Origin: Planctomycetota bacterium
GTDB lineage: Bacteria > Planctomycetota > Planctomycetia > Pirellulales > UBA1268
Assembly (NCBI GenBank): GCA_027592945.1
Contig: JAQCJP010000001.1
Location: 1 to 51,780, forward strand
Reading direction: 5' to 3'
Length of the DNA stretch: 51,780 nucleotides
The translations under genes and the position numbers were made by a program. The notes under the pieces were generated by a model that worked only from the letters and a program-made list of their open reading frames with translations, had not been told where the DNA came from and made no database searches. Positions 27,310 through 36,595 of this stretch are shown in pieces (positions within the stretch are counted from its first letter, which is position 1; the number at the start of each line of letters is the position of its first letter).

Positions 27310-28506
27310 ATGGCGACTAACGGGGAACTAGGCCGAAAACTGCGGATGGGAATCGTCGGGGGCGGGCAGGGCTCGTTCATCGGACGGGTGCATGTCACGG
27401 CGGCGGTGCTCGACAACCGGGCCGAGCTCGTGGCCGGTGCCTTCTCTAGTGATCCGGCCCGCTCCAAGGCCAGTGCCGCCGACTACGCCGTCTCCGAGGA
27501 CCGGGCCTACGGGTCGTTTGAGGAGATGCTCGATGCCGAGCAGGCCAAGCCGGCCGGGGAGCGGATCGACTTCGTCTCGATCGCGACGCCCAACCACATG
27601 CATTTTCCGGTGGCCAAGGCTGCTCTGGCGGCCGGCTTCCACGTCGTCTGCGACAAGCCGCTGACGATCACGCTTGCCGAAGCGGAGGAACTCGCGTCCC
27701 TGGTCGACGCCTCCCAGCAGGTCTTCGTGGTCACCCACAACTACACCGGCTACCCGCTGGTCCGGCAGGCCCGCGAGATGATCCTGGCCGGGGAGCTGGG
27801 CGAGATCCAGGCGATTCGAGCAGAGTACATCCAGGGCTGGCTGAGAACCCGGCTCGAGAGCGAGGGGCAGAAGCAGGCCGTCTGGCGGGCCGACCCTGCC
27901 AAGAGCGGGGCGGCGGGCTCCTTCGGCGACATCGGCACCCACGCCTTCAACCTGGGCCGCTACATGACCGGCCTGCTTCCTGAGAAAATCGCCGCCAATC
28001 TCAAGGTCTTCGTGCCCGGCCGCCCGCTCGACGACTACGGCCACGCGGTGATTCGCTACCAGAACGGAGCCCTCGGTACCGTCACCGCCTCCCAAATCAG
28101 TCACGGCCGCGAGAACGATCTCCGAATCGAAATCGACGGTACGCTCGGCAGCCTCGAGTGGCATCAGGAGGAGCCCAACAAGCTGGTGGTGCGGCACAAC
28201 GGCAAGCCGCACTATCTCTACACCCGCGATCCCAACGCCCCCTTCACCAACGAGTCGGGGAAGGCCGCCTGCCGGCTCCCGGCGGGCCATCCTGAAGGCT
28301 TTTTCGAGGCCTTCGCCAACGTCTATCGGGCCGGATTTGATGCGATGGCCGAGGCCCTCACGGGGCGGCCGTTCGAGAAGGTCGACACGGTCTATCCGAA
28401 CGTCCGCGACGGCGCGGAAGGCATGTACTTTATCCAGCAATCGGTCGCTTCCAGCCAGGCAGACGGGGCCTGGCTGCCGCTGGCCTATCCGCTGGCGAGG
28501 CGCTGA
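27310..28506 (+). CDS. Gfo/Idh/MocA-family NAD(P)-dependent oxidoreductase
   Basis: This is track ORF 27235..28506 trimmed to the ATG at 27310, preceded by AGGAG. It has a Rossmann N-terminus ([16 protein letters not shown]), the motif [27 protein letters not shown], and a C-terminal alpha/beta domain. Confidence 0.9.
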   Translation: MATNGELGRKLRMGIVGGGQGSFIGRVHVTAAVLDNRAELVAGAFSSDPARSKASAADYAVSEDRAYGSFEEMLDAEQAKPAGERIDFVSIATPNHMHFPVAKAALAAGFHVVCDKPLTITLAEAEELASLVDASQQVFVVTHNYTGYPLVRQAREMILAGELGEIQAIRAEYIQGWLRTRLESEGQKQAVWRADPAKSGAAGSFGDIGTHAFNLGRYMTGLLPEKIAANLKVFVPGRPLDDYGHAVIRYQNGALGTVTASQISHGRENDLRIEIDGTLGSLEWHQEEPNKLVVRHNGKPHYLYTRDPNAPFTNESGKAACRLPAGHPEGFFEAFANVYRAGFDAMAEALTGRPFEKVDTVYPNVRDGAEGMYFIQQSVASSQADGAWLPLAYPLARR

Positions 28507-28508
28507 GC

Positions 28509-29327
28509 ATGGCGGCAGGCGACCCCAGACATCTGATCTTCGACATCGAGAGCGTGGCCGACGGGGCCCTTGTGTCGCGGCTCCGATATCCCGCCGACGA
28601 CCTCTCGCCGGACAAGGCGATCGCCCGCTACCGCGGTGAACTCCAGGCCGAGACCGGCAAGGACTTCATCCCCTACACCTACCAGCTGCCGGTGTCGCTG
28701 GTGATCGCCAAGGTCGGCGGCGACCTGGTCCTTCAGGACCTGGTCGCCCTCGACGAGGAGCAGTCGCGGCCCCACGAGATTGCCCGCCGCTTCTGGGAAG
28801 GCTGGCGGCGATACCGCAAGCCGCAGCTGGTGAGCTTCAACGGCCGGGGCTTCGACATGCCGCTCTTGGAGCTGTGCGCCTTTCGGTACGGGATCCAGAT
28901 TCCCGACTGGTTCGCCGAGGATCTCCGCAACTTCGACCAGCCCCGCTACCGGTACAACACGCGGGCCCACTTCGACCTGCACGAGTGGCTGACCAACTCG
29001 GGCGCCAGCCGGTTCGCCGGCGGCCTCTCGCTGGCCGCCAACCTGATCGGCAAGCCCGGCAAGATGGACGTCGCCGGCCACATGGTGCAGGACCTCTGGG
29101 ACGCCGGCCGCGCCGCGGAAATCCATGACTATTGCCGGGGCGACGTCCTCGACACCTACTTTGTCTTTCTCCGCAGCCGCGTGGTGGCCGGAGAGATCAC
29201 GCTGGAGCGGGAGCAGGAGCTGATCCTCCTGGCCAAGGAGTGGATCGAGGCCCACGCCGCCGAGTCCCCGGGCCTGACCCGCTACCTCGCTGCCTGGGGC
29301 GACTGGGAGAATCCTCGCGGCGGCTGA
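28509..29327 (+). CDS. DEDDy 3'-5' exonuclease (PolB-exonuclease-like, RNase H fold)
   Basis: Exo I is LIFDIES, Exo II is SFNGRGFDMPLL and Exo III is HDYCRGDVLDT. The gene starts 2 nt after the oxidoreductase stop. Confidence 0.7.
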   Translation: MAAGDPRHLIFDIESVADGALVSRLRYPADDLSPDKAIARYRGELQAETGKDFIPYTYQLPVSLVIAKVGGDLVLQDLVALDEEQSRPHEIARRFWEGWRRYRKPQLVSFNGRGFDMPLLELCAFRYGIQIPDWFAEDLRNFDQPRYRYNTRAHFDLHEWLTNSGASRFAGGLSLAANLIGKPGKMDVAGHMVQDLWDAGRAAEIHDYCRGDVLDTYFVFLRSRVVAGEITLEREQELILLAKEWIEAHAAESPGLTRYLAAWGDWENPRGG

Positions 29328-29332
29328 GCCGT

Positions 29333-30094
29333 TCAGGCTGCCGGGGCCGGTTCGGGAGCAGCCTGATCCGCTTCGGGCTCAGCTTCAGGCTCCGCTTCGG
29401 GCTCCGCTTCGGGCTCACTCGGGGGCACCAGCGGCGGAAGCCCTTCCAGCGGCTCGAGCGACGGAATGCAGAGGGCCGCCGCGACAGCCCTGGCGGCGGC
29501 CCGAGCCTTGTCATCGAGCCCGCCCCGCAGGGCCCAGGCCTCGACCGTGTAGAGCCTGCCGTCGATCACGACCGCCAGGCAGTCTCGCTCGATCTGCTTG
29601 GGGAGCCTGTCGAGCTTGGCCGTGCCGGTGGCGGCCCATTCGACCCCAGCGTGCGGCCCGGCAGACGCTGCAGCCGGCGGGCGAGTGAGATTGTCACCCT
29701 CCCGCTCGGCGAGGAGGCTCGCCATCGCCTCGACAAAAGCCGCCTGGGAGTCGGCCGTCACCTCGGTGATGTCAGCCGGCGGGTCAGCGGCCAGCACGAC
29801 CACTGACGGGTAGGACACCTGCGGTGTCGCCTGATACCGCACGAGGTAATCATACGATCGGGGGGCCCGCCGCCAGCCGGCAGGCGAGAAGACACTCACC
29901 CGGCCGCCGTCGAGATCGAGCCGAGAGGCCGGATCAATGCCGGGGATCGCGGCTGCCCCTGGAGCCGCTCCGGCTGCATTCGCTGCCGGAGACTCTTCCC
30001 GGTCGGCGGAACATCCTGCCACCAGCACCGCGGAGGCGGAGAGGAGGCCGGCCAACAGGCTGAGAGGAGGCCAAAAGCTGGTAGTCCGATGCAT
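29333..30094 (-). CDS. Lipoprotein, hypothetical, with C-terminal (EPEA)n repeat
   Basis: This is track ORF 29333..30238 trimmed to M49 (ATG at 30094). It reads MHRTTSFWPPLSLLAGLLSASAVLVAGCSAD, with the lipobox LVAGC. The C-terminus is SEPEAEPEAEPEAEPEA, encoded by a 12-nt tandem DNA repeat around 29370-29420. Confidence 0.6.
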   Translation of the reverse strand: MHRTTSFWPPLSLLAGLLSASAVLVAGCSADREESPAANAAGAAPGAAAIPGIDPASRLDLDGGRVSVFSPAGWRRAPRSYDYLVRYQATPQVSYPSVVVLAADPPADITEVTADSQAAFVEAMASLLAEREGDNLTRPPAAASAGPHAGVEWAATGTAKLDRLPKQIERDCLAVVIDGRLYTVEAWALRGGLDDKARAAARAVAAALCIPSLEPLEGLPPLVPPSEPEAEPEAEPEAEPEADQAAPEPAPAA

Positions 30095-30137
30095 CGGGCC
30101 CTCCGTTGTCGGGGCGACCAAACTCTCAATTCGGCCC

Positions 30138-30497
30138 TTATTCGGTGATCGGTTCCTTGACGAGCCCGACGAAGTGATGGGCCTTGGACGACGAAACCAG
30201 TTCGCCCGCCTTCTTGTCGGCCGCCTTCCGGTCGGCATACTCGAACATCGCGACCCGTTTCATCCCCTGGGTGAACACGCCCCAGTAGGCCTTGTATCGC
30301 GCCTCCTTGGCCACCTTGCGGCGAGTCGTCTTCTTGGCAGCCGTCTTCTTGGCGGCCGTCTTCTTGACGGCGGTCTTCTTGGCCGTCTTCTTGACGGCCT
30401 TCTTGGTCGCCTTCTTGGCCTTCGTCGTCTTGCCGAGGGCCTCTGCAGCCTCGGCCTCGGCCCGCAGTTCCCGGATGCTTCGTGTCTTTCGTGCCAT
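30138..30497 (-). CDS. Lysine/alanine-rich histone-H1-like small basic protein (119 aa)
   Basis: This is the 3' 120 codons of track ORF 30138..31667, starting at the ATG at 30497. The upstream part of that ORF is antisense to nadA. The product reads MARKTRSIRELRAEAEAAEALGKTTKAKKATKKAVKKTAKKTAVKKTAAKKTAAKKTTRRKVAKEARYKAYWGVFTQGMKRVAMFEYADRKAADKKAGELVSSSKAHHFVGLVKEPITE. Confidence 0.6.
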   Translation of the reverse strand: MARKTRSIRELRAEAEAAEALGKTTKAKKATKKAVKKTAKKTAVKKTAAKKTAAKKTTRRKVAKEARYKAYWGVFTQGMKRVAMFEYADRKAADKKAGELVSSSKAHHFVGLVKEPITE

Positions 30498-30566
30498 CTC
30501 GCCGTCGTTGTCTTTCGTGGTGCCTGGAAGTGGTGCTGGACCGCGGAGGGGACCCTCCGAAGCCTC

Positions 30567-30612
30567 GCAGTATAGCGTCCCCGGCGGGCCTCGCACGGAG
30601 GGCCTATACTGC
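30567..30612. promoter_or_regulatory. Symmetric pair of TATACT (-10-like) boxes / 9-bp inverted repeat in a divergent promoter region
   Basis: GCAGTATAG (30567-30575) and CTATACTGC (30604-30612) are exact reverse complements. Each strand therefore presents CTATACTGC pointing toward its gene. The right box ends 8 nt before the nadA ATG (30618). Confidence 0.3.
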
Positions 30613-30617
30613 CCCGG

Positions 30618-31763
30618 ATGACCGCTGAATCGCCTCCCGACATCGCCCTGGCCAGCCCACTGCCGGCCTATCGGGAACTGCCCGACGAGCTCCTCCGGGA
30701 GCGGATCGAGGCGGTTCGCCGCCGGATGGGCTCCCGGCTGGTCATCCTCGGCCATCATTATCAGCAGGACGGGGTGATCGCCCACGCCGATCTCACTGGC
30801 GACAGCTACCAGCTCTCCCAGGGGGCTGCCGAGCGGGAGGCCTGCGAAGCGATCGTATTCTGCGGTGTCCACTTCATGGCCGAGACGGCCGACATCCTGG
30901 CCAACCGCCCGGACCAGGTGGCGGCCCGCGGCGGCCGCCGTGTCACCGTGGTGCTGCCCGACATGGCTGCCGGCTGCTCGATGGCCGACATGGCGGCCAT
31001 CGAGCAGGTGGAAGATGCCTGGGATGATCTCGGGACGGTGATCGATACCGCCGACATCACGCCGGTCACCTACATCAACTCCGCCGCCAGCCTCAAGGCC
31101 TTCTGCGGCCGTCATGGCGGCATTGTCTGCACCTCCAGCAACGCCCGAGCCGTGCTCGATTGGGCCTTTGCCCGCACCAAGCGGGTGCTCTTCTTTCCCG
31201 ACCAGCACCTGGGCCGGAACACCGCCCGGTCGATGGGCATCCCGCTCGATGAGATGGCCCTCTGGAACCCGCACGATCCCACGCTCGGAGGCAACACCCG
31301 CCGGCAGCTCGAGCAGGCCCGTGTGATCCTCTGGCAGGGCCACTGCAGCGTCCATGCCATGTTTCGGCCGGAGCACGTCGATGCCGTTCGGGAGCATGTC
31401 CCCGGCGTGAAGATTCTCGTCCATCCCGAGTGTTCGATGGAGGTGGTCGATAAGGCCGATCTGGTCGGTTCGACCAGCTACATCCTCCGCCAGGTCGAGG
31501 AGGCCCCGCCGGGGACATCCTGGGCCATCGGCACGGAACTCCACCTGGTCAAACGGCTCGAACAGCAGCATCCCGAGCAGACGATCCGGTTTCTCTCGCC
31601 AACCGTCTGCATGTGCGCCACGATGTATCGGATCGACCTGGCCCACCTCTGCTGGAGCCTCGAGCACCTCGAGCGGGGCAAACCGGTCAACGTCATCCGG
31701 GTCGACGACGAGACGGCGGCCTGGGCTGTGACCGCCCTCGAACGAATGCTCGCAGTGCGGTGA
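30618..31763 (+). CDS. nadA: Quinolinate synthase
   Basis: Motifs are LGHHYQ, FCGVHFMAETADIL, PDMAAGCSMADM, TYINSAASLKAF, VCTSSNA, FFPDQHLGRN, CSVH, VHPEC and C.CATMYRI. Confidence 0.9.
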   Translation: MTAESPPDIALASPLPAYRELPDELLRERIEAVRRRMGSRLVILGHHYQQDGVIAHADLTGDSYQLSQGAAEREACEAIVFCGVHFMAETADILANRPDQVAARGGRRVTVVLPDMAAGCSMADMAAIEQVEDAWDDLGTVIDTADITPVTYINSAASLKAFCGRHGGIVCTSSNARAVLDWAFARTKRVLFFPDQHLGRNTARSMGIPLDEMALWNPHDPTLGGNTRRQLEQARVILWQGHCSVHAMFRPEHVDAVREHVPGVKILVHPECSMEVVDKADLVGSTSYILRQVEEAPPGTSWAIGTELHLVKRLEQQHPEQTIRFLSPTVCMCATMYRIDLAHLCWSLEHLERGKPVNVIRVDDETAAWAVTALERMLAVR

Positions 31764-31817
31764 CGGCCGGGGCCGCCTGCTCGAGCACGGCGGGCCACCC
31801 GCTGATTTTCCGGGGCC

Positions 31818-32462
31818 CTACCGCACGACCGGAGCAGGAAACGAGGCGGTACGGATCTCGGGGAGCGACTGCTTGCGGAGGCCGTCGATCAGGCCGACCA
31901 CCTCGTGGAACTGGGCCTCGTCGAGGTGGCCGGAGATCGTGCCCCGGCAGCAGCCACGGGTGTCGATCAGGAGCACGTTGGGCTCATCGGCCACCATCCC
32001 GAAACTCGGCCGCATCACGTCTTCGAAATCGAGCCAGACCGGCACGACCGGCGACTCCTTCTTCAGTCGCCGCCGAACCATGCCCCGCAACGCCTTGGGC
32101 ACCTCGGGTACGCAAGCAATCGGAATCACCTGGACATCGGGCACCGGCTGGCCGGCCGGCCAGCCCGCGATCCCGACGACCGGCTGGGTCGACCATTCCG
32201 TGGCGGCCGCACCGTCGGCGGTGGGATGGAAGAGGGTGTGCAGCCGCCGGCCGAGTTCCATGGCAGCCTCGGCTCCGTGGCGACCGGCATAGACGAGCAC
32301 GACCACGTCGCCCTGCATCGCCGCGGTCTGGCAGTTATTGCCGAACTGATCCTCCATGGCGACGTTGACCGGTCGCTGCTCGCCCCGAACGCTCGCAGCA
32401 GGCAGGCAGATCGCCGCCAGGGCCACGGCAGCGGACACGACGAGACGGAGAGGAGGTTTCAT
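31818..32462 (-). CDS. Exported hypothetical protein (possible thioredoxin-like fold without CxxC)
   Basis: This is track ORF 31818..32657 trimmed to the ATG at 32462 (MKPPLRLVVSAAVALAAICLPAASVRG). DVVVLVYAGRHGAEAA sits where redoxins carry CxxC. The fold assignment is weak. Confidence 0.5.
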   Translation of the reverse strand: MKPPLRLVVSAAVALAAICLPAASVRGEQRPVNVAMEDQFGNNCQTAAMQGDVVVLVYAGRHGAEAAMELGRRLHTLFHPTADGAAATEWSTQPVVGIAGWPAGQPVPDVQVIPIACVPEVPKALRGMVRRRLKKESPVVPVWLDFEDVMRPSFGMVADEPNVLLIDTRGCCRGTISGHLDEAQFHEVVGLIDGLRKQSLPEIRTASFPAPVVR

Positions 32463-32568
32463 GGCAGCACCTGAAGCGGGGAAGCGGGCGGGAGGAAATA
32501 CCGCGCAGCGGCCGGCCGGCACAATGCTGGTTTCACCGCCGCTCCAGGCCGCTGACGGGACCGTCTGC

Positions 32569-35382
32569 TCAGGCTGCCAGCCGGGGCTCCGGCACCACCG
32601 CTGAGTCCTCGGCAGCCGATGGCTCGCTGGTCTCTGGTTGGTCGCTGCCGGCGGCATCCGCCCCCGGCCGCATCCAGGTGAGGATCGCCGGGAGGAAGAC
32701 GAGCGAGGTGATCGTGCAGGTCGTCACGCCGAGGGTCAGCAGCCGGCCGAGGCTCTCCAGGCCCCGGTGGCTGGCCACCATCAGGGCGCCGAAGCCGAGG
32801 ATCGTTGTCAGGGCATCGACGAGCACCGAGTTGGCCGTCGAGGCGCTCATCCGGTAGGGACCGTCCCGCTCCAGGAAATCGTGGACGACATGCACGCCGT
32901 AGTCGACCGCGATGCCCATGATCAGCGGGATGCCGATCAGGTTGGCCGGATTGAGGTCGATCCCGACGAGCCCCATCAGGCCGAGCATCTGGACGATCCC
33001 GACGGCCAGCGGGAGGACTGCCAGCAGCGAGTGGCGAAGACTGCGGAAGTCGAACCAGAGCACCACCAAGATCACCGCCAGCGCCGAGAACCCGGCCTGC
33101 TCGTAACTCCGCTTCATCTCGAGCGAGGCCTCATAGGCCTGGAGGGGGTTGCCGGTGGCCCGCGGATCGACGCTCCGAACATCGCCCACGAACCGCTTGA
33201 GCGCCTCGAAGTTCCAGATGTCGCCGCGGCCGTAGATCTTGAGAAGATGCCTGCCGCTCGAGCCGACGAACCGCTCGACGAGACTCGGCGGCAGGTCGTC
33301 GAGGGCCGGCGGTTCGGGATTGGTCACCGCTGCCAGAGCGTGCAGCCGGGTGAGCAGGTCGCCAGCGGCCCGCTGCTGGAAGGCGGCCAGGGCCCGATAG
33401 CACTCCTCGGGGCCCTTGGTACGCAGGCTCTCGCGGGCCCGCTCGAGGTGCCAGGCCGTCCGCAGGCCGCCGGGCCGCTTGGAGGCCTCCCCCTGGGCCC
33501 AGGCGAGGGTCTCGCCGAGGGCATCGAGCCGGTCGACGGAAATCTGTGGGGGCCGTTCCGGCAGGGCGGCGAGCCGCTGGCCGATCCGCTCGATCGTGGG
33601 CCGCTTGAGCTCTTCGTCGACCGGCAGGAGCGAGGCGATCTCATCGACCCGCTCGACGCTCGGCAGGGCGACGAGCTTTTCCTTCCGCTCGATCAACTCC
33701 TCGCGGGAGTCGGCGATCGAGAGGGCATACCAGACGCTCTGGTCGCACTCCTCGAGCAGCTTCTTCTCGACTTCGACGCTCTCCAGCCCGTCGGCCTGCA
33801 TGTTGAGCAGGTTGTGATCGTAGTCCAACTCGTGCAGCCCGCCGGCCAAGGCGAGCGACCCGGCCACCGCCGCCAGCGTGACAAACCGCGGGTGTCGCGT
33901 CAGCGGGGCGAGCCAGGAGTGCACCGGCACCGGCTCGGGGATGCGTCGTCCCAGGAAGCTGCGATCGACGATCGCCACCGCCGCCGGCAAGACCAGGAGT
34001 TCCGCAGCGCAGCACAAGAGGATGCCGCCGCCGGCGATCAGCCCCAACTCGGCGACGCCGACGAAACTCGTCAGGGCGGCCGAGAAGAAGGCGACGCTGG
34101 TGGTGATCGCCCCGGTGAGGATGCCCGGGCCGACGCTGCCGCTGGTGGAGAGGAGGGCCTCCTCGCAACCGAGACCCCGACGGCGATTCTCCAGGTAGCG
34201 GCCGATGTAGTAGGTGCCGTAGTCGATCCCAACGCCGATCATCGTGACGGTGAAGGTGACACTCAGGATGTTGAGATGGCCCACACTGGCGGTGGCCCAG
34301 CCGAAGGCCCAGGCCATCCCGATCACGAGCACGCCATTGGCCAGGAGGGCATGCCGCACGCCCCCGAAGCCCGCCACGATCACCACCGCCACCGCCAGCA
34401 GCGAGAGACCGCTGGCCCAGACCATCGACTGCTGGCTGGTTCGCATCTCATCGTCTTCCATCACCGGTAGGCCGGTGAGGCCGATCTCGGCCGTCGGATG
34501 GCGGGCGGCAACGCGGTCGATGATCTGGCGGAGTTCATCCGTCGCGGCCGAGGCACCCGCAAACCCTCCCTCCTCCTTCACCAGCCGCAGGAGGACGAAA
34601 CCGAGCCGGCCATCCTTGGCCAGGAGATGTTCGCTGGAGAGGTCGCGGAGGGTGCCGAGCGATTCGGGCATGTTCGGCCAGGGAGAGACATACTCGGGCG
34701 GGCGGCCGGGCACGCCCGCGGGGGCCTCGAGCCCTGCCAGCAGGCTCTCGCTATACCGCTCGAGGGCGGCCAGCGGCTGCTGTGTGGCCCCGCCGGCTTC
34801 GCCGCCAGCGACCACCTGGCCGGCCATGCCGGCGACCATCGTGCCGACCCGCAACTGCGTCCAACCACCGGCCAGGACAGGCTCCGTCCGCTCAACAAAG
34901 CGGTCGATGTCGACAAGATCGGACGCCGCGAGGTAGTGCAGCCCCTTGGACCGAATCCGGGAGAGATCGACCTCGTGGAGCACCGATCGGAAGAGGCCGC
35001 TCTCCCGGGCCACCTCCCCGGAGAGTTCCTCGAGCACTTCGATCACTTCCGGCCGTGACGGCCCCTCGACCACGACCACCGCGTCATCGTCTTCACCGAA
35101 CTCACGGATGTAGTCGATCCAGAGCTTGTTGTATTCGCTGTCGGGATCGAGCAGATCGGTGCGGCTCACCTTGTAGCCGAGGTTGCCGACCGTCCAGGCT
35201 CCGGCCGCGGCGGCACTGGCGATCGCCAGCAGCAGGATCACCCAGGGCTGACGGAGGCAAAGCCGCGTCCAGCCGACCAGTCCGCGGGCGAGCAGCCCCG
35301 GCGGATGGCCAGTCTCGGCCTTTGGCGACGCCCGTTCGGGGCAAGAGCCGGTGGCGGGCGCTGGGTCGTGGATCGTGAACAT
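32569..35382 (-). CDS. MMPL/RND-superfamily exporter (HpnN-like architecture)
   Basis: This is track ORF 32569..35469 trimmed to MFTIHD (ATG at 35382). It has two 6-TM bundles, each following a large periplasmic domain. Segments include ILSVTFTVTMIGVGIDYGTYY and LIGIPLIMGIAVDYGVHVVHDF. No hopanoid genes are adjacent, so the substrate is unknown. Confidence 0.85.
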   Translation of the reverse strand: MFTIHDPAPATGSCPERASPKAETGHPPGLLARGLVGWTRLCLRQPWVILLLAIASAAAAGAWTVGNLGYKVSRTDLLDPDSEYNKLWIDYIREFGEDDDAVVVVEGPSRPEVIEVLEELSGEVARESGLFRSVLHEVDLSRIRSKGLHYLAASDLVDIDRFVERTEPVLAGGWTQLRVGTMVAGMAGQVVAGGEAGGATQQPLAALERYSESLLAGLEAPAGVPGRPPEYVSPWPNMPESLGTLRDLSSEHLLAKDGRLGFVLLRLVKEEGGFAGASAATDELRQIIDRVAARHPTAEIGLTGLPVMEDDEMRTSQQSMVWASGLSLLAVAVVIVAGFGGVRHALLANGVLVIGMAWAFGWATASVGHLNILSVTFTVTMIGVGIDYGTYYIGRYLENRRRGLGCEEALLSTSGSVGPGILTGAITTSVAFFSAALTSFVGVAELGLIAGGGILLCCAAELLVLPAAVAIVDRSFLGRRIPEPVPVHSWLAPLTRHPRFVTLAAVAGSLALAGGLHELDYDHNLLNMQADGLESVEVEKKLLEECDQSVWYALSIADSREELIERKEKLVALPSVERVDEIASLLPVDEELKRPTIERIGQRLAALPERPPQISVDRLDALGETLAWAQGEASKRPGGLRTAWHLERARESLRTKGPEECYRALAAFQQRAAGDLLTRLHALAAVTNPEPPALDDLPPSLVERFVGSSGRHLLKIYGRGDIWNFEALKRFVGDVRSVDPRATGNPLQAYEASLEMKRSYEQAGFSALAVILVVLWFDFRSLRHSLLAVLPLAVGIVQMLGLMGLVGIDLNPANLIGIPLIMGIAVDYGVHVVHDFLERDGPYRMSASTANSVLVDALTTILGFGALMVASHRGLESLGRLLTLGVTTCTITSLVFLPAILTWMRPGADAAGSDQPETSEPSAAEDSAVVPEPRLAA

Positions 35383-35643
35383 CGATGAGGGCGCGGCGGT
35401 CGGTCGGCAGAATCGGTCGGCTGGGTCGGCCGCCGGCGGGATGCTACGGATCGGTCCGCCCTGGGCCAAGAGACGCTCGGGACGGCGTGCGAAGCCGCCC
35501 TGGCTGTCTGGGAGGGCTGGGCAAGTCCCGCGTGTCGTGACGAAAATTCATTGGCCCCGGGGTTAGCCGTGAACCGATGCCATTCCCTGGGGAGCGGTGC
35601 CGGGGCGGCGCCGCCAGGGGAGGCACGACGGGGGGATTCTGGC

Positions 35644-36555
35644 ATGACCGCGCGAACCGCTGCGGCGTTGGCCCTGGGGATGATCTGCAGTCTGGCTGGA
35701 GGACAAGGCAGCGAAGCGGCCGAGCGACCGCCTGCCAGCGGCGGCATCACGGCCGCCCTGGCCGACGTCGCCACCGCCGGCCGCTCGGCCTGCAGCCGCG
35801 CGATCGACCGGCTGCCGGTTGACCGGATGACGCCTGCGGCCCGGCAGACGATCGATCATTTCCGGCAGTCCACCACGATCCATCGCCGCCTCCCGGCCGA
35901 GACAATCCGCTGCAACCGCCCGCTGTTGGAGTTCATCCTGGCCAAGCCCGAGGCCCTGGTCGATGTCTGGCGGGTGCTCGGCATCAGCCGTGTCTCGCTC
36001 GATCCAGTCGGCCCTGGCCGCTGGCAGCTCTGCGACGGCTACGGCACGACCGGTAGCATCCATATGCTCCATCGGGAGCGGCACGACGGCAATGGCCTGG
36101 TGGTGCTCTACGGCCGCGGCGGCTACGCCGGTCCGCTCTCGCCCAAGGATCTGACGGGCTCCTGCCTGGTGGTCATCCGCCACGAGACGGTCACCAGCGC
36201 GGATGGCTCCCCCGAGCAGCAGATCGAACTCGAGGCCTTTCTCGATGTCGACGGCATCGGGCTCGAGATCGTGACTCGCACGCTGCAGCCCTTGATCGCC
36301 CACTCGGCGGCAAGCAACGTCCACGAGATCTGTCTGTTTGTCGGCCAGTTTGCCGATGCCGCCAACCGCAATCCGGCAGGTGTCGCCCGACTGGCAGACC
36401 GGATGCCGCGGACCGAGACGGCCGACCGCAGGCTGCTTGTCGCGCTGGCCTGCGGCCATGGCACTCCGCCGCCCGCGGCCCTCGGCGATCCGGCCGGCGA
36501 GCGGGTCCACGAAGAACTCGCCGCCCGCTGGCTCCCCGCGCAGGCGATTGAGTAA
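35644..36555 (+). CDS. Exported hypothetical protein
   Basis: This is track ORF 35551..36555 trimmed to the ATG at 35644 (MTARTAAALALGMICSLAGGQG). It is divergent from the MMPL gene. No motif was recognised. Confidence 0.5.
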   Translation: MTARTAAALALGMICSLAGGQGSEAAERPPASGGITAALADVATAGRSACSRAIDRLPVDRMTPAARQTIDHFRQSTTIHRRLPAETIRCNRPLLEFILAKPEALVDVWRVLGISRVSLDPVGPGRWQLCDGYGTTGSIHMLHRERHDGNGLVVLYGRGGYAGPLSPKDLTGSCLVVIRHETVTSADGSPEQQIELEAFLDVDGIGLEIVTRTLQPLIAHSAASNVHEICLFVGQFADAANRNPAGVARLADRMPRTETADRRLLVALACGHGTPPPAALGDPAGERVHEELAARWLPAQAIE

Positions 36556-36595
36556 TCGCACCGCACAACCCGCCGCTGCCGTCCCGCGGCGGTTC

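Noticed and set aside
26949-27320. A 123-aa ORF inside the long intergenic region.
   Set aside because: Its repeated peptide fragments (GEISK / GDFAPS / REIPRRGDF / KETFAVPAAG) mirror the DNA inverted and direct repeats in both orientations. Codon bias is poor, and the ORF overlaps the well-supported start of the oxidoreductase gene.
30498-31667. The upstream 390 codons of track ORF 30138..31667 (minus strand).
   Set aside because: This part is antisense to nadA and has no motifs. Only the last 120 codons, from the ATG at 30497, form a plausible gene (the H1-like protein).
32638-34470. A 610-aa plus-strand ORF.
   Set aside because: It is antisense to the MMPL transporter, whose TM and periplasmic architecture is clear. 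The product is charged low-complexity sequence.
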